The notes under the pieces are model-generated. The model had not been told where the DNA came from and made no database searches. It was given only the letters and a program-made list of their open reading frames with translations. 36,888 nucleotides of DNA. It comes from an uncultured Candidatus Saccharibacteria bacterium. Lineage in GTDB: Bacteria > Patescibacteriota > Minisyncoccia > Phycocordibacterales > UBA9973. The translations under genes were made by a program, and so were the position numbers. This document shows positions 7,442 through 15,758 of the stretch, one piece after another. The stretch spans positions 1-36,888 of the forward strand of contig CAZVBK010000003.1 of assembly GCA_964625485.1 (NCBI GenBank), read 5' to 3'. How positions within the stretch are numbered: the stretch's first letter is position 1; every line of letters starts with the position of its first letter.

Positions 7442-8668
7442 CTATTTTTTTCGTCTAAGAAAAGCTGGAACAGCGCTCCAGTCGTCGGTGTCGTCGTCTA
7501 TTATTATTTCTTCAGTAGGTTCTACTTTTCTTTCAATCTTTTTCATGAATTCGTTGTTGGCTATGTTGCTTATGCCGGTATTTGGAAGATTGCCCATATT
7601 TCCATTTTGCATAACCTCACGAACTTCTTTTTTTATCACAGGTGCATTCTCTTCTTTCATTACTCCAGTGTTTACTGCAGGAGTTCCGCTAAAAAGACTT
7701 TTCTTTGGAACATCAGTACCGAAAGATGTAGCGATGACGGTGACCTTGAGTTCTCCTTTCTTGAGCTTCTCGTCGCGGATAGTACCAAAGATAACCTTGG
7801 CATCCTTGTCGATAGATTCGGTGATGATCTTGGCAGCTTCTTGGATTTCGTGGATAGTCACATCGTCGCCACCAGAGATAGCAAAGAGGACACCCTTCGC
7901 ACCATTGATAGCCACCTCGAGTAATGGGGAATTGATAGCCATAAGAGCGGCTTTCTCGGCACGCTTCTCGCCTGTAGCAGAGCCTATACCCATGAGCGCA
8001 CTTCCTGCGTCAGACATGATAGCCCTTATGTCCGCAAAGTCGACGTTGATGATACCAGGTGTAGTGATAAGGTCAGAAATACCTTCTACGGCTTGGCGGA
8101 GGACATCGTCGCACATTGCGAAAGCGTCTCGGAAGTTTGTATTCACATCTGCTAGTTGGATGAGTTTGTCGTTAGGGATGATGATGATAGCATCCACTTC
8201 TTTGGCCAGTTCTTCGATACCTTTTTCAGCAAGTTTCATGCGGTGGTTTCCTTCAAAGAAGAAAGGCTTGGTGGTGACAGCCACAGTCAGTATGCCTTGT
8301 TCTTTCGCAGCACGAGCAACGATAGGCGCTGCACCGGTACCAGTACCTCCACCCATTCCGCAAGCGATGAATATCATGTCCGCACCTTTGATGACATCTT
8401 GGATTTCAGATTTTGTTTCCTCCGCTGCCTTGCGTCCTATCTCCGGATTCATTCCCGCGCCGAGTCCTTTGGTTAAGTTTTTACCAATATGAATTTTCTT
8501 TTCAGCCAAAGAGTGGTGCAAGTCTTGAGTATCTGTGTTCATGCAGATGAAAGTAACTCCTTTAACTTTGGAGTTGATCATGTGGTTGATCGCATTTTTT
8601 CCGGAGCCTCCGATACCGATGACTACAATGCGTGCGAATGTTTCAATTGCTGGGTTTACTTTTGGCAT
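7442..8668 (-). CDS. ftsZ: Cell division GTPase FtsZ
   Basis: GIGGSGKNA, the GGGTGTGAAP tubulin signature, NTD, and a C-terminal DDWSAVPAFLRRKK peptide. Confidence 0.95.
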   Translation of the reverse strand: MPKVNPAIETFARIVVIGIGGSGKNAINHMINSKVKGVTFICMNTDTQDLHHSLAEKKIHIGKNLTKGLGAGMNPEIGRKAAEETKSEIQDVIKGADMIFIACGMGGGTGTGAAPIVARAAKEQGILTVAVTTKPFFFEGNHRMKLAEKGIEELAKEVDAIIIIPNDKLIQLADVNTNFRDAFAMCDDVLRQAVEGISDLITTPGIINVDFADIRAIMSDAGSALMGIGSATGEKRAEKAALMAINSPLLEVAINGAKGVLFAISGGDDVTIHEIQEAAKIITESIDKDAKVIFGTIRDEKLKKGELKVTVIATSFGTDVPKKSLFSGTPAVNTGVMKEENAPVIKKEVREVMQNGNMGNLPNTGISNIANNEFMKKIERKVEPTEEIIIDDDTDDWSAVPAFLRRKK

Positions 8669-8795
8669 TTCATTTAAAGGTTATTTTGATAAAAGTTTAA
8701 TCTGGCTTGTATAAAAGTATACTAGCACTAGCATGTAAAAAAGCAAACGACAGGGGAATTTGCTCGTTTGCTTGCTAAAATCAAGTATTTGTTGC

Positions 8796-9968
8796 CTAAG
8801 GCATTAACTGTTTTAAGCCTGATTTTAAAGTGCTTTTTAGGTCTTTTAGGATTTTTTCAAACGATCCAGACCCTCCACTTGCGTATCCTCCAACATCTTG
8901 GTTTGATACTACGAGCCCAAGTGCGGTGAAATATGCAGGATCTTTCAATTTGGTCTTATTTAGCCCAAACATATCTGTACTACCGACCACAGATGGCAAG
9001 CGTAGCGTATCTTTTGCAAGTTCTTCTAGTCCTACAGTATTTGCACCACCACCAACGAAGACTATACCCGCTGGTAGTAGTTCTGAGCGTTTAATTTTTT
9101 TCAAATGATTATCGATGAGCTCAAAAATATCAGAAAGTCTGGCATCGATTATTTCATCCAATTTCTTTTTAGGAAATTCTTCTAAACCATTTCCGAGTTT
9201 TAAGTTCTCAGCTTTTTCGAGAGGGATTTTGAGACCGAGAGCTATGTCGTTGGTGACGTCGTCTCCACCGATAGAGAAAGTGTGCACAGATATAGGATGT
9301 TCGTTTTCATATACAGCCATGGATACAGTTTCGGCACCGATGTTTACTATCGCTCCACCAGCTACCTTTTGTTTGGCTGATAGTGCGATGTGGCTCGCGG
9401 CGATAGGTGAGGCTATGAGCTCGATAGGGTCTACGCCGGCGAGAGTCACCACCTCGGCTAGGTCTTCACAGTGTTGGTTTGAGCAGGTGACGAACAAGGC
9501 TTTGGTCTCGAGCTTGGTGCCACGCATACCTTCTAAGCGACCTTCTACGTCTCTACCGTCTAGTTTGTGGGCTAGGGGGAAAGTATGAATTATTCTTTTG
9601 TTTTGAGAGCTTAAATTTTCTTCGGCTTCTTCCAGAGATTTGTTGAGGTCGAGTCCGGTGACTTCGCCGTCAGCTTTGGAGACTATAGCTATACCACTAC
9701 TTATCTCTCCACGGAGGCTAGTGCTACCTATAGATACATATGCTCGACGGATCTTGACCCCAGAAGTCTTCTCGGCCATAGCCACAGCGTTCTTTACAGA
9801 GTTTACCGCATCATCAAAATGGACCACGTATCCATGACGTAGTCCTCGGGTAGGGTATTCGCCCATACCAATAATCTTAGGATTACTTTCTCCTTTTAAG
9901 AACTCGCCCACTACGACTCTGGTCATAGCCGAGCCCACGTCGATTCCGATAGAAATATTTCTGATCAT
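8796..9968 (-). CDS. ftsA: Cell division protein FtsA (actin-like ATPase)
   Basis: IGIDVGSAMTRVVVGE phosphate-1 motif and VFVGGGANTVGL. It sits immediately upstream of ftsZ. Confidence 0.9.
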   Translation of the reverse strand: MIRNISIGIDVGSAMTRVVVGEFLKGESNPKIIGMGEYPTRGLRHGYVVHFDDAVNSVKNAVAMAEKTSGVKIRRAYVSIGSTSLRGEISSGIAIVSKADGEVTGLDLNKSLEEAEENLSSQNKRIIHTFPLAHKLDGRDVEGRLEGMRGTKLETKALFVTCSNQHCEDLAEVVTLAGVDPIELIASPIAASHIALSAKQKVAGGAIVNIGAETVSMAVYENEHPISVHTFSIGGDDVTNDIALGLKIPLEKAENLKLGNGLEEFPKKKLDEIIDARLSDIFELIDNHLKKIKRSELLPAGIVFVGGGANTVGLEELAKDTLRLPSVVGSTDMFGLNKTKLKDPAYFTALGLVVSNQDVGGYASGGSGSFEKILKDLKSTLKSGLKQLMP

Positions 9969-10347
9969 ATTTGTTTTCCTCGCGCTCCATTCTCGCTTCT
10001 CCTATTTTACTACTATGTTCGTGTCCTATCAAATGGAGCATTCCGTGGATAACTAAAAATCCGAACAATTCTGGGAATGTTCTATCGAATTTTTTGATTT
10101 GTTTTTTTATAACACTCGGGCAAATCACCAGCTCGCCTTCATTTTTAGAAAGTGCAAAAGACAAAACATTGGTTGGTTTATTTTTTTGTCTGTACTGATT
10201 GTTTATTTTCTTGGAAGTTGCCTCGCCGACAAGTGCAATAGACAAAACATACTTTTTACCCAAGATATCGTTCTTGAGGTCGAGAAAAGGCAAGCGGGGA
10301 AGCTTGCCTTTGGTCTTATTTGTTATAGAAAGATTTTCGTCCATCAC
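9883..10347 (-). CDS. ybeY: rRNA maturation endoribonuclease YbeY
   Basis: HGMLHLIGHEH zinc motif. The track start at 10347 is GTG and the next codon (10344) is ATG. The 3' end overlaps ftsA by 86 nt. Confidence 0.85.
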   Translation of the reverse strand: MMDENLSITNKTKGKLPRLPFLDLKNDILGKKYVLSIALVGEATSKKINNQYRQKNKPTNVLSFALSKNEGELVICPSVIKKQIKKFDRTFPELFGFLVIHGMLHLIGHEHSSKIGEARMEREENKYDQKYFYRNRRGLGYDQSRSGRVLKRRK

Positions 10348-10359
10348 TTAGAGAAAGTA

Positions 10360-10587
10360 TTATCTTATTTTTCCTAGCTTGCGTAGTTTTTCGATCTCTT
10401 TTCTTTTCTCCATTCTCTTTAGAGCGCTTTTCTTTACTTTCAGTTTAGACTCTTTGCGGATATTGTATCTGCCACCTTTAACTTTTTGGATGATGTTTGA
10501 TTCTTGAATACGACGAGAAAAACGACGCAATACTGATGTGTTGCTTTCGTTTGGGTTTTTCTTCACTTCTATTACTGTATTTGCCAT
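10360..10587 (-). CDS. rpsU: 30S ribosomal protein S21
   Basis: 75-aa basic protein with VEVKKNPNESNTSVLRRFSRR... and a Lys/Arg-rich C-terminus. It is adjacent to ybeY. Confidence 0.8.
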   Translation of the reverse strand: MANTVIEVKKNPNESNTSVLRRFSRRIQESNIIQKVKGGRYNIRKESKLKVKKSALKRMEKRKEIEKLRKLGKIR

Positions 10588-10675
10588 GTATTACAGATTA
10601 GCATATTTTAGATTTTTAGCAACAAGACCTCTCCTTAATTGACCTTTGGGCTCAAAAGAGATAAAATAAGGGCCT

Positions 10676-11143
10676 ATGGATAAAACAGCTGATTACATAA
10701 CAGAAGAAAAGAAAAAAGCATTAGAGCTTGAATTAGCAGACCTAAAAGGAGCTAAAAGACGTGAAATATTGGAAGCTTTAGAGTACGCCAAATCGCTCGG
10801 GGATTTGTCTGAAAACGCAGAATATCACCAGACTCGCGAAGACCAAGCCAAGCTCGAAGAGCGTATCGCTAAAGTAGAACAAATCCTACAGTCTTCTCTG
10901 GTTGCACCAGAAGGAGGTGGAGACGTCATCCAAGTAGGTTCTGAAGTAGTAGTAGAAAAGGAAGGAGGCGGAGAAAAGAAGACTTACAAAATAGTCGGCT
11001 CAGAAGAGGCAGATATGAAAGAAGGCAAGATCTCCAACCGATCTCCATTTGGTGAAGCTATTTTCGGTAAGAGAAAGGGAGACAAGATTGTTTTCAAAAC
11101 CCCGAAAGGCGAAGTTGGTTATAAAATAATTAGCGTTTCTTAA
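10676..11143 (+). CDS. greA: Transcription elongation factor GreA
   Basis: 155 aa with AKSLGDLSENAEYHQTREDQ, the acidic coiled-coil tip, and a C-terminal FKBP-like domain. Confidence 0.9.
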   Translation: MDKTADYITEEKKKALELELADLKGAKRREILEALEYAKSLGDLSENAEYHQTREDQAKLEERIAKVEQILQSSLVAPEGGGDVIQVGSEVVVEKEGGGEKKTYKIVGSEEADMKEGKISNRSPFGEAIFGKRKGDKIVFKTPKGEVGYKIISVS

Positions 11144-11148
11144 AATAA

Positions 11149-12627
11149 ATGTCATCACTCGATGAGATTCGTGCACTCCGAATACAAAAATTAAAACTCT
11201 TGAAAGAGAGGGGTATGGATCCGTATCCGGCTAAATCTTTACAAGAGATCACTCTAGTGCAAGCCATAGGCTCCTTTGAAGACCTAGAAAAGGGAGGTGA
11301 GACCAAGTGGATTTCTGGACGCATCATGTCTATCCGTGGACAAGGGGCGATAGTTTTCATAACACTTAATGACGGCACAGCAGAATTCCAAGGGCTTCTA
11401 AAGAAAGATGTACTGGGTGAAGATAAGCTCACATTTTTTAGCGAGGTTGTAGACATCGGAGACTTTGTAGAAATACAAGGAACATTTTTCGTAACCAAAA
11501 GAGGCGAGAAGAGTTTGGAAGCCAAGGACTGGAGAATGCTCTCCAAAAGTCTTCGTCCGCTTCCAGAAAAGTGGCATGGGCTTGTAGACGTCGAAGAAAG
11601 ATTCCGCAAAAGATATCTCGACATACTGATGAATCCTGAAGTGAAAGATTTGATCGAGAAGAAAGCAAAGTTTTGGTATGCGACTCGCGAGTTCATGAAG
11701 AGTAAAGGCTTCCTCGAAGTCGAGACTCCGACCCTAGAGACTACGACCGGTGGAGCAGAAGCGACTCCGTTCAAAACTCATCACAATGATTTCGACCTTG
11801 ATGTGTATCTCCGTATTTCTATAGGCGAGCTTTGGCAGAAGAGGCTTATGGCTGCAGGCTTTCCAAAGACTTTCGAAATAGGCCGAGCTTACAGGAATGA
11901 AGGCTCTAGTCCTGAGCACGCGCAAGAATTTACCAATATGGAATTCTACTGGGGTTATGCTGACTACAATATGGGCATGGATCTTGTGCGTGAAATGTAT
12001 ATTTACATAACTCAAAAAGTTTTCGGCACTACCAAGTTTACTTCCAAGGGTTACACTTTTGATCTCGCTGATGAGTGGACCAAGATTGACTATGCTGAAG
12101 AAATTTTAAAACAAACAGGAATAAATATTCACGAAGCCACCATCGAAGAAATGGAAAAGAAACTTCAGGATTTGAAAGTTGTTTATGATGGTACCAACAA
12201 AGAACGCTTGATGGATACACTTTGGAAATATTGCCGTAAAAACATCGCTGGTCCGGCTTTCTTGGTCAATCATCCCACTCTTGTGGCACCGCTGGCCAAG
12301 AGTAATGCGGATGGCAAAACAGTGCAGAGGTTCCAGCCGATATTTGCGGGCAGTGAAGTGGGCAATGGATATTCAGAGTTGAATGATCCTATAGACCAAC
12401 GCGAGAGATTTGAAGTCCAACAAAAAATGATAGATAGAGGCGACACCGAAGCCATGATGGCGGATTTTGAATTCGTAGAAATGCTCGAACACGGCATGCC
12501 TCCGACATGTGGATTTGGTTTCGGTGAAAGGATGTTTGCAATCCTTGTGGACAAACCACTTCGCGAACTGCAAACCTTCCCACTCATGCGTCCGAAAGGA
12601 GGTGAAGGAGCCCAAGACATAGAATAA
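11149..12627 (+). CDS. lysS: Lysine--tRNA ligase, class II
   Basis: 492 aa with an OB anticodon-binding N-domain, FLEVETP motif 1, FEIGRAYRNEG motif 2 and GFGFGERM motif 3. Confidence 0.95.
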   Translation: MSSLDEIRALRIQKLKLLKERGMDPYPAKSLQEITLVQAIGSFEDLEKGGETKWISGRIMSIRGQGAIVFITLNDGTAEFQGLLKKDVLGEDKLTFFSEVVDIGDFVEIQGTFFVTKRGEKSLEAKDWRMLSKSLRPLPEKWHGLVDVEERFRKRYLDILMNPEVKDLIEKKAKFWYATREFMKSKGFLEVETPTLETTTGGAEATPFKTHHNDFDLDVYLRISIGELWQKRLMAAGFPKTFEIGRAYRNEGSSPEHAQEFTNMEFYWGYADYNMGMDLVREMYIYITQKVFGTTKFTSKGYTFDLADEWTKIDYAEEILKQTGINIHEATIEEMEKKLQDLKVVYDGTNKERLMDTLWKYCRKNIAGPAFLVNHPTLVAPLAKSNADGKTVQRFQPIFAGSEVGNGYSELNDPIDQRERFEVQQKMIDRGDTEAMMADFEFVEMLEHGMPPTCGFGFGERMFAILVDKPLRELQTFPLMRPKGGEGAQDIE

Positions 12628-12737
12628 TCTACCGCTGGGTCTTTCCTCATAAAATAGTGTACTTGATAATTATATTTTTAAGTTCTAGAATCTGCATAGA
12701 TAGATGGTCCTTCTCAAACCTCTGTCCGGAGCAGAGC

Positions 12738-13001
12738 ATGAAGTCACAACTAGAAGTTGGCATGTATGTGGAGTGGGCCAAAGTGGACTCTATAAAAGAC
12801 GAGTCACTTTTTGGATTTATCCACTTTTACCTGATTCCAATTTTCGGAAGTCAGCGCTGTCGCGTGAGCCACATCGAGCACAACGATGTTGGCCCATGGA
12901 TCAGTATCGAGAGAGAGGGCTTGCCCGTAACGCCCCGTGGCCACCTAAATCTGTTTCACTGGTCGTGGTTTCAACCAAGTCTTTCTCTTGAGAAAAACTG
13001 A
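12738..13001 (+). CDS. Hypothetical protein, 87 aa, GC-rich
   Basis: GGAG lies 6 nt before the ATG at 12738. The frame is uncertain because a competing overlapping ORF exists at 12704..12991. A hairpin terminator follows. Confidence 0.35.
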   Translation: MKSQLEVGMYVEWAKVDSIKDESLFGFIHFYLIPIFGSQRCRVSHIEHNDVGPWISIEREGLPVTPRGHLNLFHWSWFQPSLSLEKN

Positions 13002-13015
13002 ACATGAATTATTGC

Positions 13016-13056
13016 ATTGCCGATTGTCACAAGAGTGGCGATCGGCAATTTGTTTT
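13016..13056 (+). terminator. Rho-independent terminator
   Basis: attgccgat...atcggcaat 9-bp stem followed by ttgtttt. Confidence 0.5.
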
Positions 13057-13173
13057 ACGATAAAAATACTAAAACCCCGTACAGAAATCTGTCGGGGCAT
13101 TTGTGGTTGATATTAAAAATAAAAGAACATTCGGGTGCCCATGCCGTGGCGGTGACATGGGCGATTTGCTTTA

Positions 13174-13608
13174 CTAGACGATGAGGGAGGAGTTGTTTTG
13201 AGCTGCGGATACTTGTGGTGAACGCATTGCATCTTCGGCGAGAGGTGACGCCGGTATCTTGACCTCCACCTTCTTCGAGATTTTTTGCAGAGCGCGAAGT
13301 CCGCTCTGCTTGCTCATCTCGATGATCTCTATCACCGTCTTGTCGGCTGGATTAATGAAAGCTCTTACGATTCGGTCTGCTTCGTTGACCACATAGATTC
13401 CTGCCTCGTTTGGTCCAAGTTTTTCCGTTTCGGGAAAAAGACCAAGATCTTTGGCTTCTTGCCAGTAGATTGGCCCGTTCCCGAACCGATGAGCAGTCAT
13501 GTAGTGAAGTGCATTTGCGTCTTCGAGTATCGTGAGTATTCTTTTCCCGTGCGGGCACATGTGTTTTTGACTGGTGAGCTCAACGCTCAAAATGATGTGT
13601 CCAGACAT
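13174..13608 (-). CDS. Hypothetical protein, 144 aa, GC-rich
   Basis: GGAGA lies 5 nt before the ATG at 13608. The hairpin gcccatg...catgggc lies downstream at about 13138-13165. I recognised no family motif. Confidence 0.55.
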   Translation of the reverse strand: MSGHIILSVELTSQKHMCPHGKRILTILEDANALHYMTAHRFGNGPIYWQEAKDLGLFPETEKLGPNEAGIYVVNEADRIVRAFINPADKTVIEIIEMSKQSGLRALQKISKKVEVKIPASPLAEDAMRSPQVSAAQNNSSLIV

Positions 13609-13785
13609 AGGTGTCTCCGGCCTAGGGGTGTGAGAGGTGCTTCCTTATTTTTTATACCTTGATTTTGGTTTTTTATCAAGGTTTGGATTAAAAGTACGAA
13701 AGCCCCAAGAGAAGCGAGTGCTTTCTTGAGGCTTTTGCGATGATTTGGCACATTGTGCCGGTTGTTTGGGTTTTTAGAAACCCTA

Positions 13786-13901
13786 CTCACCCCGCCCGAG
13801 GGAAAACCCTCGGGACGGGGGTGGGGAGAAGTGCATGACTTAACATGCGATACCCGTTAGGATATCAGGGAGTCGACGATCCGGGCGTCGCCCCCAACTC
13901 C
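13786..13901 (+). other. GC-rich multi-hairpin intergenic element (possible structured RNA; strand unknown)
   Basis: The first hairpin is ctcaccccgcccgaggg-aaaa-ccctcgggacgggggtggggag (13786-13828). The second is a nested ggagt[cgacg-atccggg-cgtcg]...actcc (13868-13901). More hairpins lie at about 13650-13760. Confidence 0.3.
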
Positions 13902-13993
13902 TCAGTCCACAATATAGCATAAATTATTATAATGTCAAATTATAGCTTGGTTTTTGTCGGGTGAAAATAGGGAAGTTATCCACACAAATAGCT

Positions 13994-14047
13994 TTGCTAA
14001 GTGGGGTGAAGTGGAATACAATATATAGCAAGTGGGAAAAAGTGGGA
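13994..14047 (+). promoter_or_regulatory. mraZ promoter (TTGCTA-17-TACAAT) overlapped by four phased GTGG(G) MraZ-box-like repeats
   Basis: The -35 is at 13994-13999 and the -10 at 14017-14022. aGTGGGg starts at 14001, aGTGGaa at 14011, aGTGGGa at 14032 and aGTGGGa at 14042 (spacing 10, 21, 10 nt). Confidence 0.55.
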
Positions 14048-14059
14048 TGAAATAATTTT

Positions 14060-14503
14060 ATGTTAATCGGCGAATACATTCATACAGTAGACGAAAAAAA
14101 CAGAGTTTCTTTGCCATCAAAGTTTCGCAAAGAGCTCGGCAAGAAAATTATTATCACTCCCGGTTTGGATCAGTGTTTGTTCATTTTCACAACTAAAGAG
14201 TGGGAGAAGGTAGCAAGCAAACTTTCTTCTTCTGACGACGATCTTTCTTTTCTGCAAGCAGACAAGAGAAGTTTCAATCGATTCATGTTCGGTCGTGCCG
14301 CAGAAGTAGAGGTGGACTCTATCGGCCGTATCCTTGTTCCTGATTTCTTGAAAGACCGAATCGGTTTGAAAGAAAAAGCAGCCATCATCGGTGTCAAAGA
14401 CCGTGTGGAGGTGTGGAGCGATAAGGCATGGACAGAGTGCAAAGCCAGAGTCGAGAAAGAAGCAGATAGTTTGGCAGAAAAGTTGTCTGCCAAGCGAGTT
14501 TAG
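14060..14503 (+). CDS. mraZ: Transcriptional regulator MraZ
   Basis: 147 aa with duplicated SpoVT/AbrB-like halves carrying the DxxxR motif (VDEKNRVSLP / VDSIGRILVP). Confidence 0.9.
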   Translation: MLIGEYIHTVDEKNRVSLPSKFRKELGKKIIITPGLDQCLFIFTTKEWEKVASKLSSSDDDLSFLQADKRSFNRFMFGRAAEVEVDSIGRILVPDFLKDRIGLKEKAAIIGVKDRVEVWSDKAWTECKARVEKEADSLAEKLSAKRV

Positions 14504-14505
14504 TT

Positions 14506-15387
14506 ATGGAAAGCGTACACAAGACAGTTCTTTTAAATGAAACAGTAGATGGTTTGAACCTTAAGGATGGGGCGACCGTAGTAGACGGCACATTCGGAGG
14601 TGGAGGACACTCAATGCTCGTATGCAGTAAGTTTCCAAAAGCCAAAATCATCGCGATAGACCAAGACCAAAGTGCTTGGGAAAGAGCAAAAGACAAATTC
14701 AAGAACTGCGACATAACTTTTGTAAACGAGAATTTCCGAAAGATGGCCAGTGCGGATGAGGGCACAGTTAACGGCATCATCTTGGACCTTGGGCTCTCTT
14801 CTGACCAGTTAGAAAATTCCGGACGAGGATTTTCTTTTATGAAATCTGAACCATTGTTCATGACCATGAAGGAAAATCCTTCTCCAGAAGACCTCACCGC
14901 ATATGACGTGGTGAATACATGGAGTGAAGAGTCTCTCGCCGATATTATTTATGGATACGGTGAAGACAAGCAAGCGCGAAGGATAGCCAAGTTTATCGTC
15001 GACGAAAGGCACCAAGGGGAGATAAAAACCACGACTGACCTTGTCACAATCATCGAGAAGGCGATACCGGCGAAGTTTCGTAAGGGCAAGATCCATTTTG
15101 CCACGAAGACTTTCCAAGCTTTACGCATCGCAGTGAACGACGAATTGGGTGCAGTCAGTGAAGGGCTCGAGAATGGATGGATGGCGCTCAAGGTAGGAGG
15201 CAGGATAAGTGTTATAAGTTTCCATAGTTTAGAGGACAGAGTAGTTAAAAAGTTTTTCAAACAAAAAGTAGACGAAGGGGTAGGAATTTTAATAAATAAA
15301 AAGGTCATCACCGCCACGGCCGAAGAGATAAAAAATAATAGTAGATCACGAAGTGCCAAGCTAAGAATTATCGAAAAATTAAAATAA
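14506..15387 (+). CDS. rsmH: 16S rRNA (cytosine1402-N4)-methyltransferase RsmH
   Basis: HKTVLLNE, DGTFGGGGHS, ISFHSLEDRVVK and RSRSAKLR motifs. Confidence 0.9.
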   Translation: MESVHKTVLLNETVDGLNLKDGATVVDGTFGGGGHSMLVCSKFPKAKIIAIDQDQSAWERAKDKFKNCDITFVNENFRKMASADEGTVNGIILDLGLSSDQLENSGRGFSFMKSEPLFMTMKENPSPEDLTAYDVVNTWSEESLADIIYGYGEDKQARRIAKFIVDERHQGEIKTTTDLVTIIEKAIPAKFRKGKIHFATKTFQALRIAVNDELGAVSEGLENGWMALKVGGRISVISFHSLEDRVVKKFFKQKVDEGVGILINKKVITATAEEIKNNSRSRSAKLRIIEKLK

Positions 15388-15758
15388 TGAAAACCGCAGC
15401 CATAAAATTAAAGAGATACAGCATGCAATCAAGAGTTGCTCGCAATAATAATTTTCAGGTGCGGATTTTCCAATCGCTTATGTTTGGTCTTGGTGTACTG
15501 ACACTTTTTTATGTCCTCGTGCTCGGCAATATGGTTTTCAATATCGTAGAGAGAAAGTCTCTAGAAGCTGATGCCCGCAATATCGGCAACGAAGTGGGCG
15601 AGATGGAACTCACATACCTGACAATGCTAAACAAGGTAGACTTGAGTTATGGTAAGAGTCTAGGTTTTAAAGAAGCTAAAGCTACTTTTGCTACTCGTAA
15701 GGCTGTTGGAACTCTCCCATCTTCTACAAAAGTAAAGATAGCAAACAATGACCTCTAG
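15387..15758 (+). CDS. ftsL: FtsL-like single-pass membrane protein (assigned by position)
   Basis: 123 aa with one TM (LMFGLGVLTLFYVLVLGNMVF). It lies between rsmH and ftsI with TAATG and ATGA-type overlaps. I saw no diagnostic sequence motif. Confidence 0.55.
   Translation: MKTAAIKLKRYSMQSRVARNNNFQVRIFQSLMFGLGVLTLFYVLVLGNMVFNIVERKSLEADARNIGNEVGEMELTYLTMLNKVDLSYGKSLGFKEAKATFATRKAVGTLPSSTKVKIANNDL

Noticed and set aside
7488-8492. 334-aa + strand ORF, plus 7607..7924 and 8156..8476
   Set aside because: They are antisense to ftsZ, Ser/Phe/Ile-rich, and lack initiation signals. These are typical shadow ORFs of a highly expressed gene.
11130-11774. 214-aa minus-strand ORF and other ORFs inside 11149..12627
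   Set aside because: They are antisense to lysS, whose class II synthetase motifs are unambiguous.
13587-13790. 67-aa minus-strand ORF in the mraZ upstream spacer
   Set aside because: It has no SD, has basic low-complexity content, and overlaps the start of 13174..13608. The region is better explained as structured non-coding DNA.
13786-13901. Identity as RNase P RNA, tmRNA, SRP RNA or a known riboswitch
   Set aside because: On neither strand did I find the diagnostic strings: GAGGAAAGUCC for RNase P, a tRNA-like GGUUCGA T-arm with CCA for tmRNA, or the SRP GGAA-tetraloop/AGCA motif. A covariance-model search is still needed.
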